Of a stretch of 44,308 nucleotides of DNA, positions 17,391 through 27,298 are shown piece after piece. The notes beneath the pieces are model-generated. The model did no database searches and was not told where the DNA came from. It saw nothing but the letters and a program-made list of their open reading frames with translations. The stretch's first letter is position 1. Every line of letters begins with the position of its first letter. The translations under genes and the position numbers were made by a program. Source of the DNA: a virus (taxonomy: Duplodnaviria > Caudoviricetes); the IMG/VR virus record IMGVR_UViG_3300048576_000035, positions 1-44,308 of that record; one strand, given 5' to 3'.

Positions 17391-17900
17391 ATGCCAAAGC
17401 AAAAGGTTAAAATGGAAGTACCTTATTTCCAAACACCAAACGCGATATTTGATCGAGATGATCTTGACCTTGACGGACTTGAAAAACTCGTATACATATT
17501 TTTGTGCCGATGCGGAAATCATGGATCAAAAGCGTTTCCAAGTTATAAAACCATAGCAGAAGCAACTGGGATATCACGGGATAAAGCAATCAAATCAATT
17601 GATAAATTAATGCAAAAAGAGTACATCAGGAAAAAGGCCAGAAGCAAGTCAGGAGAACGCCAGAGCAATATTTATTATGTTGACACCCTAGTCGTCCACA
17701 ACGACCACCTAGTAGTTGAGAACGACCCATATAAAGAACAAGTTATAAAGAACAATAAATACCAGCGCAAAACTCAAACCGGATTATGTAAGATCGGAAA
17801 CAGATGCTACATAAATGGCAAAAGGATATCGCTGGACGAATACCAGGCAAGATGCGTTATGGATATTGCACATCTCATGCATGCTGGAACGGGTAGGTGA
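17391..17900 (+). CDS. Winged-HTH protein resembling initiator N-termini (HTH_36-like)
   Basis: EKLVYIFLCR...AFPSYKTIAEATGISRDKAIKSIDKL...SNIY. Confidence 0.75.
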   Translation: MPKQKVKMEVPYFQTPNAIFDRDDLDLDGLEKLVYIFLCRCGNHGSKAFPSYKTIAEATGISRDKAIKSIDKLMQKEYIRKKARSKSGERQSNIYYVDTLVVHNDHLVVENDPYKEQVIKNNKYQRKTQTGLCKIGNRCYINGKRISLDEYQARCVMDIAHLMHAGTGR

Positions 17901-18508
17901 GGACAATGCCTGTTGAAATAGACTGTACGGAGCTTAAGCTCATAACTCCGCAAGAAGATTACGTAAAGATAGATTATTCGGATAGACCGGAAGAAAACGA
18001 GCCAGAGCGCAGGACAAAGTATAATACACTCTTAAAGCCACGCTTTAATGAGGTTGTTCAATGGATAGCTGAGGGGAATAACGATTATTCTATTGCAGAA
18101 AAAATTGGAGTTCATTACAATACGCTTTCAAGATGGAAAAAGGAAAATAATGAATTTGCTGAGCTTTACTCGCGCGCGCAGGATGCAAGGAACTGCTTGA
18201 CAATGAACTCCATGTTTAAACGAGGAAATGGCATAAGAGTACATTTAAAGAAACAGAAAGTGCTGGCAAATGGTGACATTAAGGACTATATAGAGGAACA
18301 ATACTTTCCTCCTGATGTAAACGCCGCAGACCTGTATTTACGCAATAACGATCCTGAATACCGGAGCGCGAGATCGGTCGAAAGCGGTGGAAATATCACG
18401 TTTAATTTCCAGTTACCACAGATACAAGCTGAATTGCAGAAACTGGACGAGCAAGAGAAAATCCTGCAAATGCAGTTAAATCAAGGCGTGTACGAGTTAA
18501 AGGAATAA
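17897..18508 (+). CDS. terS: Probable terminase small subunit
   Basis: HTH IAEKIGVHYNTLSRWKK, PPDVNAADLYLRN motif, upstream of terL. Confidence 0.65.
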   Translation: MRTMPVEIDCTELKLITPQEDYVKIDYSDRPEENEPERRTKYNTLLKPRFNEVVQWIAEGNNDYSIAEKIGVHYNTLSRWKKENNEFAELYSRAQDARNCLTMNSMFKRGNGIRVHLKKQKVLANGDIKDYIEEQYFPPDVNAADLYLRNNDPEYRSARSVESGGNITFNFQLPQIQAELQKLDEQEKILQMQLNQGVYELKE

Positions 18509-18744
18509 CGGATTACGCGAAATAAATGCTTCGTGTAATTGGACGCTAAAAACACGATCAAAGCCTAGAAGCGTAACGGTAGACGGCGAATTAAACAGAC
18601 GCTTTAAGGCAAACATATGTACGCGTTTCATGGCGTATGCGGGTAGGGGGAGGCACCCCCACCCACCCCCACCTTTAGCATGCATACTATCCCTCAGATA
18701 CATACAAAATTTTGAAATAAATTTTACACTTTGGAGGTGTCAAA

Positions 18745-18981
18745 ATGAAGTGCGATTCATGCGAACACAAAGAAGTATGCTCCAAAAAGGAGGCATACAA
18801 AGCAGCCTATGAGAATTTAAATAAAGACATCGGTGAATTCGAAGTTGAAGTCAAATGTAAGCACTATAAAAACAATCATCCTGACTATTTGAAGCAACTT
18901 CAGCAACAGATAAATAAAAACTCAAAACCATGGCCCGATTATCCTAATACATATATCGGAGATATTATTCCGAATCCTTAG
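18745..18981 (+). CDS. Small Cys-rich hypothetical protein
   Basis: GGAGGTG RBS; CDSCEHKEVC...CKHY. Confidence 0.6.
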   Translation: MKCDSCEHKEVCSKKEAYKAAYENLNKDIGEFEVEVKCKHYKNNHPDYLKQLQQQINKNSKPWPDYPNTYIGDIIPNP

Positions 18982-19014
18982 GAACCAACATGTAAAATTT
19001 GGTGGTGATGCCCC

Positions 19015-20520
19015 ATGACGAAAGAACAGGAAGCCCAGATTAAACTCCAATTGCTCGAAATCCAGAAAAAGAAACTGGAGTTGCAGGCGCAAATGCTCCC
19101 GCTAATGGCAAAAAATGATTATGCAAGCTATGTAGAGTACACACATGAAGGCAGATGGCGCAGATCAAACCACCTGCTTTTTTTATGCGACGAAGTAATC
19201 AATTTTGTGGAAGAGGACACAGGCCATGCATATGACATTTTAATTCTCCAGGTTCCGCCACAGCATGGTAAGTCAATGACCATTACGGAAACTCTCCCGA
19301 GTTACTATTTCGGTAAACACAATGACGGGCAGTTGATTCTGCTTTCGTATAACGACGATACGGCAGAGAGATTCACCCGAAGGAACAAGGAGAAAATTCG
19401 GACGTTCGGAAAGACGCTGTTCGATATCGAGATCAGCCAGACTATTGACCGGGCGACCGAATTTGAACTCAGCAACAATGTCGGCAGGATGGTTTCCTCC
19501 GGTATCAAGGGCTCGGTCACATCGAACCCAGCCAAGCTGATTATCATTGACGACCCGATAAAAAACCGTGCTGAGGCTGATTCCGAAACATACCGCGCTG
19601 GACTGTGGGAGGAATGGCAGAACACTATAAAAACTCGTCTGGCTGCCGGCGCAAAAATCATTGTCATTATGACCCGCTGGCATGAAGATGATCTCGCCGG
19701 CCGGATTATAAAAAACGAGAAGCACGTAAAAGTCATCAACCTGAAATGCGAGGATGAGGGAGACGATCCGGAAGGATTCGAGCGGGTAGGTAAAGCGCTG
19801 TTCCCCGAAATCGGAAAGGGAGATGCATGGCTAGAGGACTTCAAGGGCGGTTATCAGACTTCGGAAGGAACTAGGGCATGGTTGGCGTTATACCAGGGGA
19901 GCCCGTCATCTGTCGAAGGTAATCTGATAAAGCGGTCATGGTGGAAGTATTACGAGGAGCTGCCGAAGCGATTTGATGAAGTCATCCAATCCTGGGACTG
20001 CACGTTCAAAGGCGAGTCCTCAACGAAGAATAAAAAGCGGGTTGATTTTGTTGTCGGTCAGGTGTGGGGCCGGTCCGGTGCAAATAAATTCCTTCTTGAT
20101 CAGGTCAGGGCTCAGATGGATATGCCGGCCACTCTGGCCGCAGTTACAAAGATGACTCAGAAATGGCCGCAGGCGAGGGCAAAGCTGATTGAAGGTAAAG
20201 CGAACGGGTCGGCAGTCATTCAGATGTTGCATAAGAAAATACCCGGGCTGATTGAAATCGAACCAGAGGGCGGGAAGGTAGCAAGGGTGAGCGCGGTATC
20301 CCCTGACATCGAGGCCGGGAACGTATGGTTGCCGAAATTTGCGGGATTCACCAATGATTTGGTGGAAGAGTGTTCCTCATTCCCGAACGGCGCCCACGAT
20401 GACCAGGTTGACGCGATGTCTCAGGCATTAAACCGGCTGATCGGCAAGACCTATTCGACGGAAGAAACAGAAGATTACGAACCGGAATACGCGGTTGCGT
20501 TCGGAAGGACGGGGTATTGA
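19015..20520 (+). CDS. terL: Terminase large subunit
   Basis: PPQHGKS, IIIDDPIK, MTRWHEDDLAG, QSWD, IEGKANG, FPNGAHDDQVDAMSQAL. Confidence 0.95.
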   Translation: MTKEQEAQIKLQLLEIQKKKLELQAQMLPLMAKNDYASYVEYTHEGRWRRSNHLLFLCDEVINFVEEDTGHAYDILILQVPPQHGKSMTITETLPSYYFGKHNDGQLILLSYNDDTAERFTRRNKEKIRTFGKTLFDIEISQTIDRATEFELSNNVGRMVSSGIKGSVTSNPAKLIIIDDPIKNRAEADSETYRAGLWEEWQNTIKTRLAAGAKIIVIMTRWHEDDLAGRIIKNEKHVKVINLKCEDEGDDPEGFERVGKALFPEIGKGDAWLEDFKGGYQTSEGTRAWLALYQGSPSSVEGNLIKRSWWKYYEELPKRFDEVIQSWDCTFKGESSTKNKKRVDFVVGQVWGRSGANKFLLDQVRAQMDMPATLAAVTKMTQKWPQARAKLIEGKANGSAVIQMLHKKIPGLIEIEPEGGKVARVSAVSPDIEAGNVWLPKFAGFTNDLVEECSSFPNGAHDDQVDAMSQALNRLIGKTYSTEETEDYEPEYAVAFGRTGY

Positions 20521-20521
20521 T

Positions 20522-22381
20522 ATGGCAAAAGCAGATGTAAATAAAAACTTGAATAAATATATTACCAGGATTGAAGCCGCGGAAAAACACCGGAATTCGT
20601 CCTACAAGGAACTGTGGGAACGGTGCTATAAAAGATACCGGAATTATGTTGATCAGATCATCGACAAAGAAACTGGAAAGCCTGTAACTGACCGAAGTAA
20701 TATTTCGATTCCGTACACGTTCGTACAGGTCGAAACAATCCTTCCGAGATTGGTCGAGACGCTTTTTGCTTCCCGACCGTATGTCCGGGTGATCGACCGT
20801 AAACCGTCGCAGTTGACAAATGCACAAAACATGGAAACGCTGTTAGATTGGCAAATGTGCGAGCGCATGGACATGACGGACCTGTTTAACAACGGCCTGA
20901 AAGAGCTCTGTATATACGGGACTAGTATTGCTTATACCGGATGGAAGTGGAAACAAAAGGAGATTATCCGGAAGCAGCCTGCCCAGGTAATGCAGACGGA
21001 CCCGGAAACCGGAGAACCCATTCTCGGAGTGGACGGTAATCCGGTGCCACTGATCGATGAGATCACCCAAGAGCCGGTAACTGAATTGCGGCCAGTTAAA
21101 GAGAATGAAATTGTGTATGACGACCCCGAGGTAAAATTCATTGATCTGGGGTTGTTTTTTGTGGACCCGAACGCCGAGGATGTGGACGATGCCAGATACT
21201 GCGGACATGATGAGTTCGTAACAAAAGAGTATCTGGACGATATGGTCGAACAGGGCGTTTTCAAGATCGATTGGAAGAAGGTTCCGAAAGACAAGAGCAT
21301 CAACCAACCCAAAGCGGACCGGATGAGCTCCGTTGGTTTACCTCTTCCTGATGACCAGATAGAGGAATTCAGTTCCGATAATCTTTATCGCTTGACGCAT
21401 TATTGGGAGGACGATAAGCACGTTGCCATTTTGAACCGGGCTTATATCGCCATGGAAAGCGGAAATCCGTTCTGGCATAAATCAAAACCGTACCGTAAGG
21501 GAGTTTATACGCTTGTCCCGCATGAGTTTTACGGCATGGGAATTGTCGAAATGATGGAGGATCTTCAGGACGAGCTCAACACCGAGCGAAATATGCGGAT
21601 CGATTATCGCGCTTTCCTGCTCCGGAGGATGTTTAAGGTTCGCCGGGATGCCGGAATCAATAAAAAGCAACTGAAGTGGAAGCAAGGCGGCATTATCGAG
21701 GTTGAAAGCATGGACGATGTCGAAGAAATGGGTCTGAGGGACGTTTCCGGAGGATCATTTACTCAGGAATCCATGATAAAACAGGATATTCAGGATGCGA
21801 CAGGGGCCCAGGATGTAGTTATGGGTACGGCAAGCACCCGGGAAACCGCTACAACGACCATGACCAAGGATAATAACGCCTCCATGCGCTTCCGATTGAG
21901 TGTTTCGGCCATTGAAAAACGGCTTCTTTGCGGAATTGCCAGGCAGATGATGCAACTTAACCAGCAATTTATTGATGCGGAGAGGGTATTCCGCCTTACC
22001 GGGGGGATGCAGGTTAACTGGAAGACACTTACGCCGGAAGAAATCCAGGGCGAATTTGATCTTATCGCTGCCGGATCCTCCGTGGAACCGATGGCGAACC
22101 GTGAAGCTTATAAACAGCGCATGGTTGAACTCTACGGAGTGGTTGCAGCCGATCCGTTCATGCAGCAATTCCCGATCAAGAGAAGAAATTTGCTGAAAAA
22201 GATTCTCGAATCGTTTGATATCAAGGACGTTGAAGCAATTTTGCCGACCGATCAGGAAGTACAAAGCACGGTACCTCAAACACCGGTAAACCCTGGTGGT
22301 CCGCCCAATACCACGCAGCAGGCAGCACCAAGCGCCCCGAATATGCCGGCAATGCAGGAGGGAGGGCTAACTCTTGGATGA
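20522..22381 (+). CDS. Portal protein (podovirus-type)
   Basis: About 620 aa directly after terL; FFVDP, HEFYGMGIVE, ETAT motifs; P/Q-rich tail. Confidence 0.85.
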   Translation: MAKADVNKNLNKYITRIEAAEKHRNSSYKELWERCYKRYRNYVDQIIDKETGKPVTDRSNISIPYTFVQVETILPRLVETLFASRPYVRVIDRKPSQLTNAQNMETLLDWQMCERMDMTDLFNNGLKELCIYGTSIAYTGWKWKQKEIIRKQPAQVMQTDPETGEPILGVDGNPVPLIDEITQEPVTELRPVKENEIVYDDPEVKFIDLGLFFVDPNAEDVDDARYCGHDEFVTKEYLDDMVEQGVFKIDWKKVPKDKSINQPKADRMSSVGLPLPDDQIEEFSSDNLYRLTHYWEDDKHVAILNRAYIAMESGNPFWHKSKPYRKGVYTLVPHEFYGMGIVEMMEDLQDELNTERNMRIDYRAFLLRRMFKVRRDAGINKKQLKWKQGGIIEVESMDDVEEMGLRDVSGGSFTQESMIKQDIQDATGAQDVVMGTASTRETATTTMTKDNNASMRFRLSVSAIEKRLLCGIARQMMQLNQQFIDAERVFRLTGGMQVNWKTLTPEEIQGEFDLIAAGSSVEPMANREAYKQRMVELYGVVAADPFMQQFPIKRRNLLKKILESFDIKDVEAILPTDQEVQSTVPQTPVNPGGPPNTTQQAAPSAPNMPAMQEGGLTLG

Positions 22382-22610
22382 AGTCGCAAGAATGGATGCC
22401 ATTAAAGAAATGACCCAATCGGAAGGGTGGGAAATTCTCGAACAGTTCATCAATGACCGCATCGAAGAAAACAAAAACAGGTTGATGGCCTGTGAATTGA
22501 AGGATGTAATAAAGCACCGGGAAAGGGTAGGAGCCCTTAACTCGGTGCTTTTGTATATCAAATCAACCATTGAAGAGGGCGAGGAAGCCCTAAAGGGAGG
22601 CAATGAATAA
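22374..22610 (+). CDS. Small protein downstream of the portal
   Basis: MTQSEGWEIL pattern; overlaps the portal stop. Confidence 0.7.
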   Translation: MDEVARMDAIKEMTQSEGWEILEQFINDRIEENKNRLMACELKDVIKHRERVGALNSVLLYIKSTIEEGEEALKGGNE

Positions 22611-23398
22611 TGTCAATATTTGAATCGACAACTCCAGATGTCGAGACCCCGGTAACCGGACAAGTCGAGACAGGAGCCGAGGAAACCAAGGTATCTCCCT
22701 CCATTGAGGAACAAGGGGAAGTAGTAGAAACAGTTCCGGAGCAGCAGGAAGAAACACAAACAGAGCAGCCGGAGCAGCCGCAGTTTGATTACGCTAAGAA
22801 CTATAACGAACTGCGAAAGGATTATACCCGTAAAACTCAGGAACTCGCCGCGCTGAAAAGACAGAATGCTCCGCAGCCCCCCCAACAGGGACAAGGCATG
22901 AATACGGATCAGTTTTGGCAGGCAATGCAGACCGACCCCATAGGGACAATCGCGAACATTGCGAATCAGATGGCGCAGGTGCAGGCCCAGCAGTACGTTG
23001 CTCCTATTTACGAGGAGCGACAGTTGACCGCATTGGGGCAAAACCTTGAAAACGTCGCGAAGGATTACCCACAGTTGGCAGACCCGAAAGCGATGCATGG
23101 TCTTTTTTCAAAGGTATCTGAAATAGCTCATGAGATCGGGAATCCGAATCTGGCGCAATATCCTACCAAGCGTATTCTGAAGCTTGCAGCACAGGAACTT
23201 TACGGTGATTCTGCCGCGAAAGTGTACCAGCAGGCAAAGAAGGCCGGGCAGGAGGAAGCGCTCAACAACATACGGCAGAAGCAGGGCTTATCTGTCAATG
23301 CTGGTGTAAAACCCAAAGACACACCAAAATCAATTGAAGATCAGATCGCTGATTCCATCGTCTCAGCAGGAAGGAGGCCGGGAATTTTTGGCGGCTAA
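22610..23398 (+). CDS. Probable scaffolding protein
   Basis: Acidic disordered N-terminus, DYTRKTQELA motif, immediately before the capsid gene. Confidence 0.75.
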   Translation: MSIFESTTPDVETPVTGQVETGAEETKVSPSIEEQGEVVETVPEQQEETQTEQPEQPQFDYAKNYNELRKDYTRKTQELAALKRQNAPQPPQQGQGMNTDQFWQAMQTDPIGTIANIANQMAQVQAQQYVAPIYEERQLTALGQNLENVAKDYPQLADPKAMHGLFSKVSEIAHEIGNPNLAQYPTKRILKLAAQELYGDSAAKVYQQAKKAGQEEALNNIRQKQGLSVNAGVKPKDTPKSIEDQIADSIVSAGRRPGIFGG

Positions 23399-23412
23399 TA
23401 TGAAGGGAGAGA

Positions 23413-24597
23413 ATGATTATGGCAGTAGTAACAGGTGTAAGGGATACGAATAATATCCTTACCGCAAATCAGAACAACAGGCTCAAAATCGACATGTCCG
23501 AGAAGATTGCTCTTTTGCAACCTTCCGCGACACCGTTCATCACGTTTTTGAAGAGGGCAAAAGGAAACACCGAGGCGGCAAAAAATCCGAAATTCTCCTG
23601 GTTCGAAGATGACCTCGGCGCAAGGTGGGATGCGCTCAACATGGCGGGTAATGCCGCGGCTGATGCAACCAAGATCATATTCGATACCGGTGGAATCTTC
23701 TCCGTCGGGGATATCGTCAAGGTTCCGAGGACTGGCGAATGTTTTACCATCACTGCAGTTGACCCGGATGGCGACAATGCGAATGAATTCACGGTTGTAA
23801 GGGGATACGGTTCCACGGCAGCAGCAATTATCAACAATGATGATCCGTTGGTCATCATCGGTAATGCCAATCAGGAAGGTGCCGGCGTAAGGACGATCAA
23901 GAGCACTCAGGAAGTCGAAGTGTACAATTACACCCAGATTTGGAGGACTCCGTTCGGCGTAACCAACACCCAGAACGCATCAGACTTCTACGGGGGTTCC
24001 GACCTGAGCTATCAGCAGAAGAAGAAGGGTATAGAGCACGCACGGGATATTGCTCGTTCCTTCCTGTTCGGTGAATTGAAGCTCGATACCACGGGAACAC
24101 ATCCCAAAAGGACAACCAAGGGATTACTTGGATTCCTGTCAGAGAACAACTATGCAGCAGGTGGCGCTTTGACTCAGGCTGAGTTTGACACCAATGTCGC
24201 TGAAGTATGCTTCAAGTATGGATCCAAGGAAAAGCTGATGCTCTGTTCCGCAAGGGTGCTTTCCACGATCAACACCTGGGCGCTTGGTAAGCTGCAGATC
24301 CAGCAGGACGAGACTACTTTCGGCCTCGCGGTAGTGAAGTATGTCAGCCCGTTCGGTATCCTGAATCTTGTCCATGAGCCGATGTTTGAAGGTGCGATCT
24401 ATGGCGGATACGCGGCAATCCTCGATGTGGAAAACATCAAGTACCGCCCGCTCAAAGGACGTGACACCAAGCTGAACACCAATATCCAGGCGAATGACAC
24501 AGACGGAAGGACCGATGAGTATATCACCGAAGCAGGCCTCGAAGTCAGAAGCGCGAAAACCCACGCCATCGTTACAGGAGTAACAGGAGCGACGTGA
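23413..24597 (+). CDS. Major capsid protein (SU10/DUF5309-like) with an insertion domain
   Basis: FSWFEDDL, YNYTQIWR, TKGLLGF, YVSPFG, EAGLEV; position after the scaffold. Confidence 0.85.
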   Translation: MIMAVVTGVRDTNNILTANQNNRLKIDMSEKIALLQPSATPFITFLKRAKGNTEAAKNPKFSWFEDDLGARWDALNMAGNAAADATKIIFDTGGIFSVGDIVKVPRTGECFTITAVDPDGDNANEFTVVRGYGSTAAAIINNDDPLVIIGNANQEGAGVRTIKSTQEVEVYNYTQIWRTPFGVTNTQNASDFYGGSDLSYQQKKKGIEHARDIARSFLFGELKLDTTGTHPKRTTKGLLGFLSENNYAAGGALTQAEFDTNVAEVCFKYGSKEKLMLCSARVLSTINTWALGKLQIQQDETTFGLAVVKYVSPFGILNLVHEPMFEGAIYGGYAAILDVENIKYRPLKGRDTKLNTNIQANDTDGRTDEYITEAGLEVRSAKTHAIVTGVTGAT

Positions 24598-24648
24598 TGA
24601 GCCGAGGGGGACTAACCATACCCCCTATCTTTTGAAGGAGGATTTTGT

Positions 24649-24864
24649 ATGAAGTTTTTGAGTAAATGCCCCAATCAGATTGTCTGCATGAAACCAATCA
24701 GAACGGTTATTGTCGACGGAATACCGGTCCCGCAGGCCGGACAGCACATCAATTTCTATAACGGAGAATATGAGACTCAGGACAAGGCTGAAATTGCCTT
24801 TCTGAAAAAGCACCAGCTTTATGGCGTTTCGATCACAGAGGCACCGGAGACAAAAGGGGCTTAA
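24649..24864 (+). CDS. Small protein after the capsid gene
   Basis: AAGGAGG RBS. Confidence 0.65.
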   Translation: MKFLSKCPNQIVCMKPIRTVIVDGIPVPQAGQHINFYNGEYETQDKAEIAFLKKHQLYGVSITEAPETKGA

Positions 24865-24903
24865 CAAGCCCCTCAACCCCGAAAATAACACCAGAGAGGG
24901 TGA

Positions 24904-25098
24904 TTGATAATGTATGAAATTAAAGATGAGGGCGTTACTAATATGCCCAAGAGACTTACAGGAACTGCTGCCGAAAGAGCAGCATACAACACGACAAAAC
25001 TCGCCAAAGGCTCTAAATGGAAAGACATAGATACAACAACCCATAAGGTTACAGCTATGTGGGAATGGGACGGGGCTAATTGGAATCAGTGGTTTTAA
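24904..25098 (+). CDS. Small fibre or decoration-like protein
   Basis: TGTAAERAA...WEWDGANW pattern. Confidence 0.55.
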   Translation: MIMYEIKDEGVTNMPKRLTGTAAERAAYNTTKLAKGSKWKDIDTTTHKVTAMWEWDGANWNQWF

Positions 25099-25113
25099 GG
25101 GAGGCGAAAACAA

Positions 25114-26952
25114 TTGAGCAACTTAAATGATATAGATATAGCGATTGGAATGGCAGGCAAGGCTCTTACAACTACGGCGGATTATGCGAATAAAACAACC
25201 AGCTTAATTTCGTCTTTAAACAACGTATCTGCAAAACTCCAAACCACACCATCCACAATAACGCTTACAAATTTATTTTCTTCTGCGATAGGCCAGTTTA
25301 CTGCTGCCGATGGAAATGCCGATGGGTGGTCTGATAACTGGAAAACCTCATATGCTGGTACGTTGGCAAGTTATGTTAATGGAAAACAATCGTTTACACC
25401 ACAGCAAAGATGGGGCAATATGGCTTTGAATGTTACGCCTCGGACAGCATTAAGAGGTGGACTTACAAACGGTGACAAAGTTTTTGCGATTGCAATTGTT
25501 AAAACGACAGATGCAAAGGCATTTTTGCAAGTAAATGGATGCGGAGCAAATAACGTGTTTCATAGCGGAAGTGGACGCTATGAGTATTTATATGGCATAT
25601 ACACTGTCACAGATGCAACACAGGCTGACTTTTCATTAGCCTCCGCTGCCGAATCTGGTTGGGTTACTATTTATCCTGATGAAGTAAGTATTTTCAAGAT
25701 TAATGGTTCAAGCGCAACAGCAGACCAGATTGCAGACATTGTTATAGACAACGGATTTATAACATCAGGAACCTTTAATATACCGGATAAGGTGTATTTG
25801 GGAAGGGTAAGTGATGTTTTTACAACTGCGCCAAACGTATCAATAGAAGTAGATGTTGCATCCCCTGTTGGCTCTGCTGGTATTGCAATGTGTCTGAATG
25901 ACTATGTAAATCCAACAAACTATTTGATGGCGTATATAACCGACAAATCAAGGGTAAGGCTCAAAAAATATGTTGGCGGAGTACCAAGTCTATTAATCGA
26001 CGAAGCAATAACAGTGGCATCCGGCAAACTGAAGGTCGTTAAAGTAGGCAAGGTTGTCAAACTCTATTTTGCAGGATCACAGATCGGCACGGATATCACT
26101 ATTAAAGACTTTGCAATAAGATATGGAAAAAACCATTGCTTGTTTGCAACGGATACCAGCACAAAATTCAAGAGTTTTACTGCAAGCAATTTGGCTTCTG
26201 ATGCATTAACAACATTTTTGTGGGGTTCGGATGTTCATATTGGGAATACCGATTCAAGCATACTCACTAATCCTCAATTTGCTGCCGCTTTTGGCAAAAT
26301 GGATGAAGTTACAGATGCTGACTTTTTGCTGCTTACAGGGGATGTACTCAACGATGGATACACAAGCAATCCGAATTATCCAGCGCAAATCAGCACATAT
26401 AATAAAGTATCATCTGTATACACCAAGCCAATTAAAGTGTTCAGAGGAAACCATGATGACGGAACGGTAGAATTTCCGAAGCATGGTGTTGTTGAAAAAA
26501 ATGGAGTAAGGATAATTTATTTTTGGGCAGACTTTGTTATTGTGAGTGAGGGCGTAAGCACAGGAGATGTAACGGCGGCAGAGCTTGCGTGGATAGAAGA
26601 TCAGCTAAAAGTTCCAGCAACCCATAAAATTCTTGCTTGCCATTATTCCATCGTGACAAACGATGCCACGAATTTTATCTGGCCTATCACTGACGATCAC
26701 GGAAGGTTGTCTGTACTGGCACTGGCAGAAGAATATGGCGTAAAGCTTTACATGAACGGACATGAGCATATGCCAAATCTTCCGACGGGCACAGCAGGAG
26801 TTTTAACGGATGTGCAGACTGCATCAATATGTAGTGCAACCCAGGGGGCATTTAATGTATGTACTGTCTATACTGATAAAATAGTTATAGATGCATATCG
26901 TGATGTAAGCCCATTTACATACATAACGAGCAAGGAAATTTCGTTGGTGTAA
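25114..26952 (+). CDS. Multi-domain protein with a C-terminal calcineurin-like metallophosphoesterase
   Basis: SDVH, TGD, RGNHD, CH and NGHEH motifs; beta-rich N-terminal part; GGGAGG RBS with TTG start. Confidence 0.8.
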   Translation: MSNLNDIDIAIGMAGKALTTTADYANKTTSLISSLNNVSAKLQTTPSTITLTNLFSSAIGQFTAADGNADGWSDNWKTSYAGTLASYVNGKQSFTPQQRWGNMALNVTPRTALRGGLTNGDKVFAIAIVKTTDAKAFLQVNGCGANNVFHSGSGRYEYLYGIYTVTDATQADFSLASAAESGWVTIYPDEVSIFKINGSSATADQIADIVIDNGFITSGTFNIPDKVYLGRVSDVFTTAPNVSIEVDVASPVGSAGIAMCLNDYVNPTNYLMAYITDKSRVRLKKYVGGVPSLLIDEAITVASGKLKVVKVGKVVKLYFAGSQIGTDITIKDFAIRYGKNHCLFATDTSTKFKSFTASNLASDALTTFLWGSDVHIGNTDSSILTNPQFAAAFGKMDEVTDADFLLLTGDVLNDGYTSNPNYPAQISTYNKVSSVYTKPIKVFRGNHDDGTVEFPKHGVVEKNGVRIIYFWADFVIVSEGVSTGDVTAAELAWIEDQLKVPATHKILACHYSIVTNDATNFIWPITDDHGRLSVLALAEEYGVKLYMNGHEHMPNLPTGTAGVLTDVQTASICSATQGAFNVCTVYTDKIVIDAYRDVSPFTYITSKEISLV

Positions 26953-26965
26953 AGCGGAGGATATA

Positions 26966-27235
26966 ATGGAAAAGTACATTTTGGAAATTTCCGAAAAGCG
27001 AAAACTGTTTGAAGAAACATTGCAACTGACAAAGACTATTTATGAAAAAGATGCAACAGGCGGTTATCTACATATTGTATTGGAAGATGGTAACCTGAAA
27101 AATAAGCATATTATATGGTGTATTGACAATATTATTGTTTCAGATGACAGCCTAAAAGATGTTTACTTGAAATGTGCTTTAAATATGCTCAAAATGACAT
27201 CAACACAAAGAAAAAAACTTTATAATACTATTTAA
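26966..27235 (+). CDS. Hypothetical protein (GGYLHIVLEDGN motif)
   Basis: GGAGG RBS; AT-rich. Confidence 0.7.
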   Translation: MEKYILEISEKRKLFEETLQLTKTIYEKDATGGYLHIVLEDGNLKNKHIIWCIDNIIVSDDSLKDVYLKCALNMLKMTSTQRKKLYNTI

Positions 27236-27298
27236 CGATGAATAATCATTTTAATATGATTTTTGTAATATTTTGTTATATAATAACTACTTGGAGGG

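Noticed and set aside
25096-25116. Stop-codon readthrough fusing 24904-25098 to the in-frame 25114 ORF
   Set aside because: The downstream ORF has its own GGGAGG RBS and TTG start; no recoding signal seen
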